From contig NC_090335.1 in assembly GCF_035084215.1 (NCBI RefSeq), positions 68,820,001 to 68,884,000 on the forward strand: a stretch of 64,000 nucleotides of DNA. Reading direction: 5' to 3'. Shown piece by piece: positions 51,954 through 63,797 of this stretch (within the stretch, counting starts at the first letter, position 1; every line of letters starts with the position of its first letter). Source of the DNA: Heptranchias perlo (Eukaryota). Under the pieces are notes generated by a model, which saw nothing but the letters and a program-made list of their open reading frames with translations, did not search any database and was not told the DNA's origin. The position numbers and the translations under genes are program-made.

Positions 51954-54702
51954 GTAAAGATCTGAACTGCTTAAGCCAGAAGTGATGGGATAGTAAGGAA
52001 TGTTAAAAGTAGGAAGGGGACAGACCTGGCATAGTTGTGATGGGGTGGGGTTGCAATTTGGGGCCAGATCTGCCAGGTTTCCATCCCATGTAAGAAGTCC
52101 CAGTATTCCTGAGCCTGGAGGAGTAGCAGCATCTTCTGCCAGCCCCAGTTACGTGGAACCAGCAGTTTCGGGGTGTGTCAGATTTCCTGATCTTTCCCTG
52201 GAATTCTGCCCCTGATAGGCCTATTGGGACTTATGTCTGCTGAGAGCAGGCATAGATCCAGTTCTGGGCCTAGTGAAGGCCCCAGTATACGTAAAATGAA
52301 AATGTTAAGTGAACCCAGATGAATCGATAACTGCTGAAGAGCTGCCCTTGCAGGTCATAAAAAAGTTTTAGAAATATTTTAACCAGTCTTCCTCTTCAGC
52401 CTGATCCGGGGCCTTGCACTCCCCCTCTCGGAGAGGCAGAACGCTGCACCGAGTTCTGCTTCTGCCTTGTGTAGGGAACTCCCTTTTGCGCTGCCGCTGC
52501 AGGTGCGGACAACCACTCCGAATGGGACCGTCCCCGGGATTTGGGGCAGGGTCAGCGGTGGGTCACAGTGCCGGATGAAAGTTCCATCCTTCAGCACTTC
52601 CACGGGTGCGGAATTTCCAGGCTTATGTCATTGAAATTTAAATGGACGCAAAACCAGGCTGGGAGCTCCCTTATGGGCATGTGCCCAGTTTTCCTCTATT
52701 TGTTGCACCCAGATCAGCCAATAGTCCCAGGTCGGCCAGGAACAGGAAAATCTACCCCTGTAATCATTGAAATTGTGCCATGGGATATTAGTGTAGGGAG
52801 ACTTTGTGGATTCGCCTAAAATTCTTCCCACCTCTATTCCAGTGGTTTTATTAACCTTTTAATTCCAACTGGGTTTGGCACCTCCACTAAAATAGCAGAA
52901 AGATAAATTATTAAGTATTCGTACCCTGACAGCTCAATGGATAATTTCAAAACCTATGTTTTTATTGAAGAATAGTGTATTTCAGGATGATTTTGATGTG
53001 AGTGAAACAGAGCTCAACCTTTAGACTCCAAACCACTCCATTTTTCAGCTCACCCACTGCGATACTGATAAATCCCCGATATGTTACAATAGAAGAGCTT
53101 TATCACTAATGTTACTTTACTGAAATTTTCATTTTATAAATAACTACCGTATATTAAAAATAAAAAGGGTAGCTTGCCCGCTGACCCCTGACCTTGATGT
53201 GCTAGCGAGATCATAAACTCAGTCGGGCGATTTCCCACGTTCTCTCTTTCTAGCAGAAGCACCAAACATTCTGACCAATATTCCATTGGGATCATTTTTT
53301 GGCTGCCCTCATGGTGGGAGCCTTGCCGACTAGGAAAGCATATCGAAAATTTGGGCATGATTTTGTGACCATTAATTTAAATGGTTGAAATTACACACAG
53401 CGTGCACCCAAATTTCCCATAGGCGCTCCCAAATGAAGCTCCTTGTTGGGAGCATTAAGTCAGAAAATTAAGCCTCATATTTTAATATGTTTTAGGATTT
53501 TTTTCTTATTGTTATTGTTGCAGGTACTCTCAGCATCCATTTTCTTCCTTTACCTCCATTATTCCACTGTTTATTAAGGAGCTGGGACCCAAGTCTTCAA
53601 GCTTTGATTGGATTAGAACTCACTTCATTATTTTCAGCCATTCGGGTCGGCTGAAGATTGATGTTTGACCTGTTTGTACTATTGGAGTCATGTGGTCAAA
53701 CTTATGTTACCTTTTGCTTGTTAACCAGAGGCATTCTGAGTATTTGACCGTTACCTTGTTGGTGACTCTGGGAACTGTGTGCCATCAAAACAAGTTATAT
53801 CAGTAGCAGCACTTTAGGAGTTTACTAGGCTTTCTTTATACCTAAGACTGGAATTAACTAATACCCCAGAACATAGATTTGTTACAAAATAGACTTCAAA
53901 GAGGCATTGCAACCCCTAAAAGATTTCTTCCAGTGCTTGTAAAAATGCAAAATTATGATTATATGCATATAGCCCAATGATGCTATTTGCATGGTAATTA
54001 TGTAATTTTCATCACAAAATATCATTACAACATGTGGGTATGATATCATCAAAATGATTATTATATTTGGTCCTTCACAGCTCTTCCTCTTTAGACAAAT
54101 ACTGACCAACCCCTTTTTAATGGGAATATAATTGCAAGTTATCATAGGGCTAAGTATAGGCAAGGGAACCCATAAGGTCCACCTAGCTCATCTTTCATAA
54201 AAATCTATAGTCCGCCCCATCATGGCATCAAACTGCCTCCTGAATGACTCCAGTGTTTTCTCTTTCACCGCCCTACCTGGAAGTCCGAGTGTTGATCACC
54301 CTTTGTCTGAAAAAGTGCTTCCTGACAGCAGTCTTGAACTTGCTTTTTACCAATTTAAACCTATATTCCCACGTTCAACAGTGAAAGCTTATCGTGAAAT
54401 AGTGCTCAGTATTAACCCACTTCTATTCTAATTAGTATCTTATATAGTTCTATACGGTCCCTTATTTAGTTCCTTTTGAAGATGAAGAGTCAAAGTTTAT
54501 CTAGGCTATCCCCATAACTTAATCCTCCAGCGCTAGGGATCAGCCGTGCATATATTAAATGAATGCCATTGTAATGGTTAACAACTGTTACACAAAAAAA
54601 AGCCTCTCATCTATGAAGAAGTGTTAGTATTCCTATCTCACTGACTCGTGAAGAGAATTCTTGTTCAGTATTGACTGAAGCATTCTTTTTATTTACCTAC
54701 AG

Positions 54703-54783
54703 ATCCTAATGCTTGTTTCATCAATAAGAGAGATATCTGTGCTTTGTCTGACTGCATGCTGATTACAACCAGTGACTGCAACC
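54703..54783 (+). CDS. membrane mucin exon: short 4-Cys linker module
   Basis: TTTACCTACAG acceptor, C|GTGAGT donor, 81 bp, phase 1-1; DPNACFINKRDICALSDCMLITTSDCN. Confidence 0.75.
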
Positions 54784-54852
54784 GTGAGTGCTTTTACCTT
54801 CTCTGGTCTTTCTCTGTGGTGCAATCCAGATGTTCTCTTACTCCCATTCCAG

Positions 54853-55940
54853 TTAGAATCATAGAATTCATAGAAAGTTACTGCACAGAAGGAGGCCATT
54901 CGGCCCATCGTGCTCATGCCGATCGAAAAGAGCTATCCAGCTTAACCCCATTTCAGCACTTGGTCCGTAGCCCTGTAGGTTATTGCACTGCAAGTGCACA
55001 TCCACGTATTTTTTAAATGAGTTGAGGGTTTCTGCCTCTACCACCCTTTCAGGCAGTGAGTTCCAGACCCCCACCACCCTCGGGGTGAAAAAGTTTCTCT
55101 TCAGCTCCCCTCTAATCCTTCTGCGAATTACTTTAAATCTATGCCCCTTGGTCACTGATCTCTCTGCTAAGGGAAATAGGTCCTCCTTATCCACTGTATC
55201 TAGGCCCCTCATTATTTTATACACCACACGGACTGCAGCGGTTCAAGAAGGCGGCTCACCACCACCTTCTCAAGGGCAATTAGGGATGGGCAATAAATGC
55301 TGGCCTTGCCAGCAAAGCCCACACCCCATGAACGAATAAAAAAATAATTAAATCTCCCCTCAGCTTCCTTTGTTCCAAAGAAAACAGCCCCAGCTTATCT
55401 AATCTTTCCTCATAGCTAAAATTCTCCAGGCCTGGCAATATCCACATTAATCTCCTCTGTACCCTCACATCTTTCCTGTAATGTGGTGACCAGGACTGTA
55501 CGCAGTACTCAAGCTGTGGCCTAACCAGTGTTTTATACAGTTCCAGCATAACCTCCCTACTCTTATATTCTGTGCCTCGGCTAATAAAGGAAAGTATCCC
55601 GTATGTCTTCTTAACCACCTTATCTATCTGTCCTGCTACCTTCAGGGATCTGTGGACATACACTCCAAGGTCCCTCTGTTCCTCTACACCTCTCAGTAAC
55701 CTTACATTCATTGTGTATTCCCTTGCCTTGTTTGCCCTTCCCAAATGCATTACCTCACACTTCTCCAAATTGAATTCCATTTGTCACTTTTCTGCCCACC
55801 TGACCAGTCCATTGATATCTTCCTGCAGTCGACAGCTTTCCTCCTCACTATCAACCACACGGCCAGTTTTTGTATCATCTGCAAACTTCTTGATCATGCC
55901 CCTACATTCAAGTCCAAATCATTAATATATACTACAAAAA
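54853..55940 (-). mobile_element. CR1 LINE 3' portion carrying a nested LINE tail at ~55222-55345 (+)
   Basis: ORFs 55280..55780 and 54868..55227 are consecutive CR1 ORF2 parts separated by an insert homologous to 15080-15200. Confidence 0.9.
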
Positions 55941-57185
55941 AGTACAAAGTTTCCTCCGGCTTAATTTGAGTGTCTAATGTAAACATTACACAACCACTAC
56001 AGCAACAATATTAATGCATTACGAATAAAACACAATTTCCCCCTACAAACTTTCAGTATCATAATGGGCTGCTTGTTATAACTAAGGAAGATGTATCTAT
56101 CAACGAGGACCCTAAGACATGCTTATTGATGATTAATGTTGTTCTAGTGCCTTTGTTCCAGGCACATGCCTTACACAGCTGGTGCCAATATGGCCAGAAG
56201 GAACCGTTGTTTACTCCTTAGCCACGAGCCTTCGCGAATCTGGCAAGTTTACTTGGGTGCTGCAGTCAGCTTTGCAAGATTAGGGCCCTGGGAGCCAGCA
56301 CAGCTCTAGGGCAATAAGCAAACAGACTAGAGACACAGACAAAAAGTCTCCTGTGAATATTATAGAATAGCACGAGGGCTAAAGGAGCACTGTTCAAAGT
56401 GGAGTACGCATGGGTTATTCAAATGGAATAAAAGCTAAACCTTTGTTAAAACTTTAAAAGGTCATCAGCGTAAATTAACTTGGTAAAGAAATGGCAGAAA
56501 ACAGTTTCAAAATGTTCTCTTTAGAAGTTATTCACCGCCTTCAAAAAAACTGAATAAATGGTTGGGGGGCGGGGGGCGGGAGAGTTTCTCTGCTCGCTAT
56601 ATATCAACAACATCTTAAACATAGTGGGAAGGTTTTATTTGTTCATTCTTTCTAGCAAAAGTTTACATATGTGTTCACAAATATCGCTGGAAATATCGAT
56701 CCAAAGATTTCTATGTTTATGATTAAGCTGACACATAACGACCCGACAAAATTTTTCTCTAATGTGAGTTGCCCATTTTCCACTGGCAGGAAATGGGCTT
56801 GATTACCCCAACGGCCTTTTCTCAATCCGCACTTTCATATGCGTCTCCACCGTCACCGGGGGTCAGCATCTTTGATTATCTGTCATGCGCATTGGTTCGA
56901 GCACAGAGCATTCCTCTGGCTGTATCAATTAGCCCTTTAATGTTAATAACTGAAATTTAAGCAGACAGTAAGACACTTTTTAAATTAAGACTGTGCCATT
57001 TTAGGACAATTTCATCCTCCGTGTATCAGAGCTTTTCACATATAAATAACTTCTTACTATACTGTAAAATTATTCACATCTTGTGAATTTAGGGCAATAG
57101 GGTCTATTGTTTGACTGTCTGGTTGCAATACAGATTCAACACACACTAGAGCTGAGTAGCTAGTGATTTGTTACTGTTTCCACAG

Positions 57186-57298
57186 ACAAAATAGCATTCA
57201 GAATGAAGGCAACATTCAGCACCGAAGAGTTCTCCAATGACCTGAAAAATCCTGCAAGTGAAGCCTACAGGAGCTTATCTGCCAATTTTATAAATACA
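57186..57298 (+). CDS. membrane mucin exon: SEA domain 2, N-terminal half
   Basis: TTTCCACAG acceptor, ACA|GTAAGT donor, 113 bp, phase 1-0 (same size and phase as the SEA1 exon); FSNDLKNPASEAYRSL. Confidence 0.9.
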
Positions 57299-57392
57299 GT
57301 AAGTGTTTGCTTCTGTTCTGAAGAAACAACCCTCCCCACTGTTAGAGTCAGTGAATTAGAACTCCAGTCCTTCCAAGGATTAAGAAACTTTA

Positions 57393-59577
57393 AACATAAG
57401 AACATAAGAAATAGGAGCAGGTGTAGGCCATATGGTCCCTCGAGCCTGCTCCGCCATTCAATAAGATCATGGCTGATCTTCTACCTCAACTCCACTTTCC
57501 CGCCCTATCCCCATATCCCTTGATTCCCTTAGTGTCCAAAAATCTATCGATCTCAGTCTTGAACATGCTCAACGACTGAGCATCCACAGCCCTCTGGGGT
57601 AGAGAATTCCAAAGATTCACAACCCTCTGAGTGAAGAAATTTTTCCTCATCTCAGTCCTAAATGACCAATCGCTTATCCTGCGACTATGATCCTGAGTTC
57701 AAGACTCTCCAACCAGGGGAAACAGTCTCTCAGCATCTATCTTGTCAAGCTCTCTAAGAATTTTATACGTTTGAATGAGATCACCTCTGATTCTTCTAAA
57801 CTCCAGAGAATATAGGCCCATTCTACTCAATCCCTCCTCATAGGACAACCCTCTCATCCCAGGAATCAATCTAGTGAGCCTTCGTTGCACCGCCTCTAAG
57901 GCAAATATATCCTTCCTTAGGTAAGGAGACCAAAACTGTACACACTACTCCGGGTCTCACCAAAGCCCTATATAATTGCAGCAAGATTTCCTTACTCTTA
58001 TAATCCAACTCCCTTGCAATAAAGGCCAACATACCATTTGCCTTCCTAACTGCTTGCTGTACCTCCATGTTAACTTTCTGTGATTCGTGCACAAGGACAC
58101 CCAAATCCCTCTGAACACCATCATTTACCAGACTCTCGTCTTTCAAAAAAATCCTGTTTTTCTATTCTTCCTACCAAAGTGGATAACTTCACATTTCCTC
58201 ACATTATACTCCATCTGCCACCTTCTTGCCAATCACTTAGTCTGTGATATCCCTTTGCAGACTCTTTGCATCCTCACAGCTTATTTTCCCACCTAGCTTT
58301 GTATTGTCAGCAAACTTGGATACACTACACTCGGTCCCTTCATCTAAGTCATTGATATAGATTGTAAACAGCTGAGGCCCAAAGCACTGATCCTTAAAGC
58401 ACCCCACTAGTTACAATGTGCCAACCCGAAAATGACCCGTTCATTCCTACTCTCTGTTTTCTGTCCATTAACCAATCCTCAATTCATGCTAATATATTAC
58501 CCTCAATCCCATGAGCCCTAATCTTGTGTAACAACCTATTATGTGGCACCTTATCAAATGCCTTTTGAAAATCCAAATATACTACATCCACTGGTTCCCC
58601 CTTATCGACCCTGCAAGTTACACCCTCAAAAAACTCTAATAGATCAGTCAAACATGATTTCCCTCTGCCTAATCATATTGGGCACAATTTTAACATTGAA
58701 AAACAGGTAGATTTTTCAGACTCGCTCCTAGGAGGCGGGTTGATAATTAAAACCTTTCAAGGAGGCTGCGGACCTCCATTTGCAGATTTTGCAATTTCAA
58801 CCCCTAGGGGCTGGGATTCCCAGGCCTTCTCCTTCACGCCACATGAAAGGAAGTGAGAAGGCCCGAAACTGCAGATAAGTGCCTTTATAGTACAGTTTGT
58901 GGGCCCATAGCAGAAGTAGTGCTTCCCCCAGGCCCAACAAGCCTACCTGCAACAACCCCCCAACAATTGCGGAACCCCCACCCCGATCTCCGCGCCCCCC
59001 TCCGCCAACGATCACCGACCCCTGCGGTGACCCCCGATCCCGACAACCCCCTCCGATTGACCCCCAAATCCTCCCCCCATGACTGACTCACCCCAGTGAC
59101 CTCCATGGCCGCTGGTGCCCCCATGCCCACTGGTGCCCCTATGCCCACACATGCCCCCATGTCTACCCATGCCCATCAATGTCCCATGCCCACCCATACC
59201 CCCGTGCCTACCCATGCCTCCCCCCTTGCCCAACCATGCTCCCCCCCATCCATACAATCAAAGACTTACCTGAAGACTTACCTGAACACGTCCTCTCCCT
59301 GCCTGCTCTCCAGTCCGACTGAGGCCAGCCTGTCAATCAGGCCGGCCAGTCGGATGCCAAACCGACAAAAAAAAGACGTCCTTAAGTCAAAATCATAAGG
59401 ACGTCCGGGAAACCTGTACTTCCGGGTTTTCCATCCGCAATTTGCCCCCTGCCCCCTTCCCGGCTCGGGGTCAAAATCATGCCCATTATGATTTTCTAAG
59501 TGCACTGTTACCATGTCCCTAATAATAGATTCTAGCATTTTCCCTACTACTGATGTCAGGCTAACTGGCCTATAGTT
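57393..59577 (-). mobile_element. CR1 LINE interrupted by a MITE
   Basis: Closely resembles the 768-1850 copy; CR1 sequence resumes after 59484. Confidence 0.9.
58680..59484. mobile_element. Harbinger-type MITE with internal ~18-bp minisatellite (59105-59235)
   Basis: TIRs GGGCACAATTTT / AAAATCATGCCC; ATT duplicated at 58677-58679 and 59485-59487. Confidence 0.82.
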
Positions 59578-59659
59578 AATTGTATTTATATTTCATACAG
59601 ACTGTGTTTAGTCACTGGGCTGGATATCCCTTTTCTTGCCTTACCAGTCGTATTTCTTT

Positions 59660-60066
59660 TATGTAGATGGTTGAATGGATGAGTTGATGGATGAGTGGAT
59701 GGGTGGGTGGGTGGGTGGATGGAAGGATGGGTATACAGTTGGAAAAATAGCTGGATGGGTGGATGGATAGATAAATTGATGAATGGGTGTCTGGATAGAT
59801 GGATGGGTGAATGATGGGTGGATGAGTGGGTGGAAAGTGGATGGGTGGTGACTAGATGGATGACTGGATGGGTAGATGGATGGATAGAATGGTAGCTGGA
59901 TGGATGAGAGGGTGGGTAATGAGTGGGTGGGTGGATGGATGGATTGATGAATGTGAACCCGGATGGATGGGTGAATGATGAGTGGATAGGTGGGTGGATG
60001 GATGACTGGATGTGTAGATGGATGGATAGAATGGTAGCTGAGTGGATGAGAGGGTGGGGTGAATGG
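59660..60066. repeat. degenerate (GGAT/GGGT)n simple repeat
   Basis: Seen directly in the sequence; includes a duplicated ~60-bp subunit. Confidence 0.92.
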
Positions 60067-60120
60067 AACTCGGAAGTATTTCTTAATGGCAATGAAATAA
60101 TATTTATGCTTTGTCTTTAG

Positions 60121-60316
60121 GTTGTGCCAACTACACAAACCAAGCTTAATGATAAAAGTTTTAATATCTCCATCATTGGTTTTCAAAATGGAAGTGTAGA
60201 GGTAAATTTCCTGGCTGTCTTGAACAACAACTCAACTGTCAACACGACCACACTGCTAAATGCTGTTGGTGGTGCGATCAAAGCACTTGATAGTAACAGT
60301 TTAGTCATCATAACGG
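60121..60316 (+). CDS. membrane mucin exon: SEA domain 2, C-terminal half
   Basis: TCTTTAG acceptor, G|GTAAGT donor, 196 bp, phase 0-1; IIGFQNGSVEVNF motif. Confidence 0.9.
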
Positions 60317-60490
60317 GTAAGTATTATGATGATAATTATCATAACAATATCTATCTGGTGATAATCATATGGTCAGTGCTTCCGTGAACTTTACTCTCTT
60401 ATTTGTTCTATGCTCCAAAAAAACGTCCTACACACTCCTCCTCCACTCTGATTCCTAAATGTGTTGAAATCAAGATTCACTGTACCATAT

Positions 60491-60985
60491 CATAGACACA
60501 TAGAAACATAGAAAATTTACAGCGCAGAAGAAGGCCATTCGGCCCATCGTTTCTGTGTCGGTCGAAATAGAGCTACTCAGCCTAATCCCACTTTCTAGCA
60601 CTTGGTCCGTAGCCCTGTAGGAGTATGTAGGCATTTCAAGTGCATATCCAAGTGCCTTTTAAATTCTGCCTCTACCACCCTTTCAGGTAGTGAATTCCAG
60701 ACCCCCACCACCCTCGGGTGAAAAAACATTTTCCTCAGTTCCCCTCTAATCCTTCTACTAATCACTTTAAATATATGCCCCCTGGTTATTGACCTCTCTG
60801 CCAAGGGAAACAGGTCCTTCCTGTCCCCTCAGAATTTCATACACCCCAACTAAATCGCCCCCCAGCCTCCTCTGTTCCAAAGAAAACAACCCCAGCCTAT
60901 CCAATCTTTCCTCATAGCTAAAATTCTGTAGTCCTGGCAACATCCTCGTAAATCTTCTCTGCACCCCCTCTAGTGCAATCACATC
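60491..60985 (-). mobile_element. CR1 3' end
   Basis: ALEGVQRRFTRMLPGL..LEQRRLGGDL; CATAGAAA tail. Confidence 0.9.
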
Positions 60986-61881
60986 TAATTCATTCTTTGT
61001 CAGGACTTAAAAACTGTGGAACTCTTTACCTTTCTCAGTCTTTGCTTCCTCCTACAATCTTAATGATTTTAAAATCAAAGCACAGTGTCATCTAGTCATT
61101 ACTTCTTGATTTACCTTATCATATCATTTATTTTTTTCAACTTTGGTTCTATACGACGAACCTAGGTTTCTCAATCAAAAAAGAAAGTCTTTATTTACTT
61201 GTAATGGTGCTGTTTCGTTTTTTTAAGTCTTCAATGGAAAGGAAAGTTGGACAAGATCTGCTACTGCTCATTTTTCACCCCCGCCAAAGTTGAATTTTAC
61301 CCCCATTGATGCATTAATTAGAGATGATGGATGCCTTGCCTTACCTTATGACTTAACCTTGTCAAACTTGAGCTAGTTCTGGTGATGCTGTATTATGGAG
61401 TGGGTAGTATTGAGGCTCTACAGGCCCTGCAGTTCCTCCACACATTGTTGACCGGATCCCAGCAAGATAATTTGGGAAAGAGACAAGGTTGGAGGAAGGA
61501 GAGTCAACCTGGCCTGACGTTGTGTAACTTCTAGTAGCCAATTTGGAGTTACATTGGTGGTAGCTTGAAAACAGAGCATCCACCTGTCTTCTTCTTTGAA
61601 TGGTGTGGGACTCCAATGGGGATGAACACAGAGGGTACCACTGCATGTTATTCTGTATGGAAAGCACTGCAAGCTATGGTCTATTATTAATGTAACATTC
61701 TGCAACCCTTGTTATTCGGCATGAAACACTAATGTCTAGGTGCTCCCCTGTCTGTAACACACTTTGGTCTTGTGTGATCTATACATATTATCGTTTTCCT
61801 TTATTCTTTGCAACACCAACTCTGTGCACAAATTTTTAATTACAATAGTTTTTAAAAAAAATTCCACGTTGTCTGTTTTAG

Positions 61882-62126
61882 GTACAACACAACTTACGAC
61901 TGAGGCCCCCATCCAACCACAGACTGTGCCCACGGTGCAGTCCAAACCTGGATCCGAAAACCCTGGATGGAGAGTGACTGTGATTGTTTTGGGAGCTGTT
62001 CTAGGTGTGGCTCTGCTGATAATCCTGGCAGTAGTAGTGGCAATGATCTATATAAAGAAAAACTGCAGGAAGTATGATATTGGTGGCTCTGACATTGTAC
62101 GACAAATCAACTATTCAAATATATAG
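61882..62126 (+). CDS. membrane mucin terminal exon: stalk, transmembrane helix, cytoplasmic tail, stop codon
   Basis: TGTTTTAG acceptor, phase 1; hydrophobic VTVIVLGAVLGVALLIILAVVVAMIYI, then KKNCRK stop-transfer; TAG at 62124-62126. Confidence 0.92.
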
Positions 62127-62276
62127 CTTATTCCATAAAACCTCAATGAAGAAATGCTGCTTATTTTACCAGGTTTCTCAAGATTTGGATGCAATATTTT
62201 TATGATCCTATGGAATATTAAAACCTTATGTAAGATAAGTAATGCTGCAAAAAATATAAATTTGCACTTATGTGCT

Positions 62277-62282
62277 AATAAA
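62277..62282 (+). promoter_or_regulatory. candidate polyadenylation signal
   Basis: AATAAA ~150 bp after the stop codon in AT-rich sequence. Confidence 0.45.
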
Positions 62283-62534
62283 ATCGAAGAGCATTTAGCA
62301 GTACTTACTGATTCAATTATATTTGCTGTAAATGTTTAACCTGTGAACAATGGCGGAATGTGTCAAACAATACCTAATGATAAATAATACTTCATAGCTC
62401 TGAGCATGTCCTCTGTAGTTCTCAGTTGCTCAATCCAGCATTCTGGATTGTCTGTAAGTCATTTGTTTTCTGACTTGGGATTTACAATCTTAACGTAACA
62501 GAAACAAATCCATAAGAACGGCCTCCCCTTGATA

Positions 62535-62675
62535 CTGTTAATTGGTAGATACATCTCCTGGTTTGGTACTGAGCCACGCAAACCCAGAAAGGTCCCAGGT
62601 TCGGCCCTGGTCTCTGGTGAGCGAGCTGATTTCATTTGGGTAAAATTGGCCTCAGAGCCTCTGGACTTAGAAAAA
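62535..62675 (+). repeat. old tRNA-derived SINE 5' part (continues at ~63485-63630)
   Basis: B-box-like GGTTCGGCCC; similar to 14860-14980. Confidence 0.45.
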
Positions 62676-63481
62676 TCATAGAATCATAGAAAATTTACGG
62701 CACAGAAAGCCGCTCGGCCCATCGTGTCCACGCCGGCTGAGGAACGAGCCGCCCAGCTTAATCCCATTTTCCCGCATTTGGTCCACAGCCCTGCAGGTCA
62801 CAGCTCTTCAGGTGCACATCCAGGTATTTCTTAAATGAGTTGAGTGTTTCTGCCTCTACCACCCTCTCAGGCAGTGAAATCCAGACCCCTACCACCCTCA
62901 TTTTTCCTCATTTCCGCTCTAATTCCTCTACCAATCACTTTAAATCTATGCCCGCTGGTTTTTGACCCCTCCGCTAAGGGAAATAGGTCCTTCCTATCCA
63001 CTCTATCTAGGCCCCTCTTAATTTTGTACACCTCAATCAAATCACCCCTCAGCCTCCTCTGTTCCAAGGAAAACAACCCCAGCCTATCCAATCTGTCATC
63101 ATAACTAAAATTCTTCAGTCCTGGCAACATCCTTGTAAATCTTCTCTGCACCCTCTCGAGTGCAATTACATTCTTCCTGTAATGTGGTGACCAGAACTGT
63201 GTGCTGTACTCAAGCTGTGGCCTAACTAGTGTTTTATACAGTTCCAGCATAACATCCCTGCTTTTATATTCTATGCCTCGGCTAATAAAGGAAAGTATCC
63301 CATATGCCTTCCTAACCACCTGTCCTGCTACCATCAGGGATCTGTGGACATGCACTCCAAGGTCCCTTTGTTCCTCCACACCTCTCAGTATCCTCCCATT
63401 TATTGTGTACTCCCTTGTCTTGTTTTCCCTCCCCAAATGCATTACTTCTCCGGATTGAACCCCATTTGCCACTTTTCTGCC
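62676..63481 (-). mobile_element. CR1 LINE 3' portion
   Basis: ORF 62867..63472 is the CR1 ORF2 C-terminus; ATCATAGA tail. Confidence 0.93.
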
Positions 63482-63797
63482 AATTTTCTGACTTGAGAGG
63501 GTGAGGACAGGATTGGGCTTGACTGATGCCCCCTGTGGTGGAATAGCCTGCTATTCGTGCTCATGCATGAAGAATGGCCACTTGGATGAGGTTCTGAGGG
63601 TTTCCCGCACCCCTAGAAATACTTTGGAGCAACTTCAGGAGGAGAGCGGAGAAAATTGCAAAGGAGGGAAAAAAGCCACAAAAAAAGAAAAAAAGCTATC
63701 AGTGGCTACAAATGTGTAGTTACAGGGTTTTATGGGCATACTATTGCAGAATTATTTTAATGCAAAGATACTGCACTGTTCTTTATACTGTGATTAT

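Noticed and set aside
59586-60186. His/Pro/Ser-rich minus-strand ORFs
   Set aside because: Translation of the (GGAT)n simple repeat
14680-62126. Assigning a gene symbol (MUC2, MUC17, MUC3, UMODL1, HEG1)
   Set aside because: PTS similarity is compositional, and the domain order matches none of these exactly; orthology needs phylogeny and synteny
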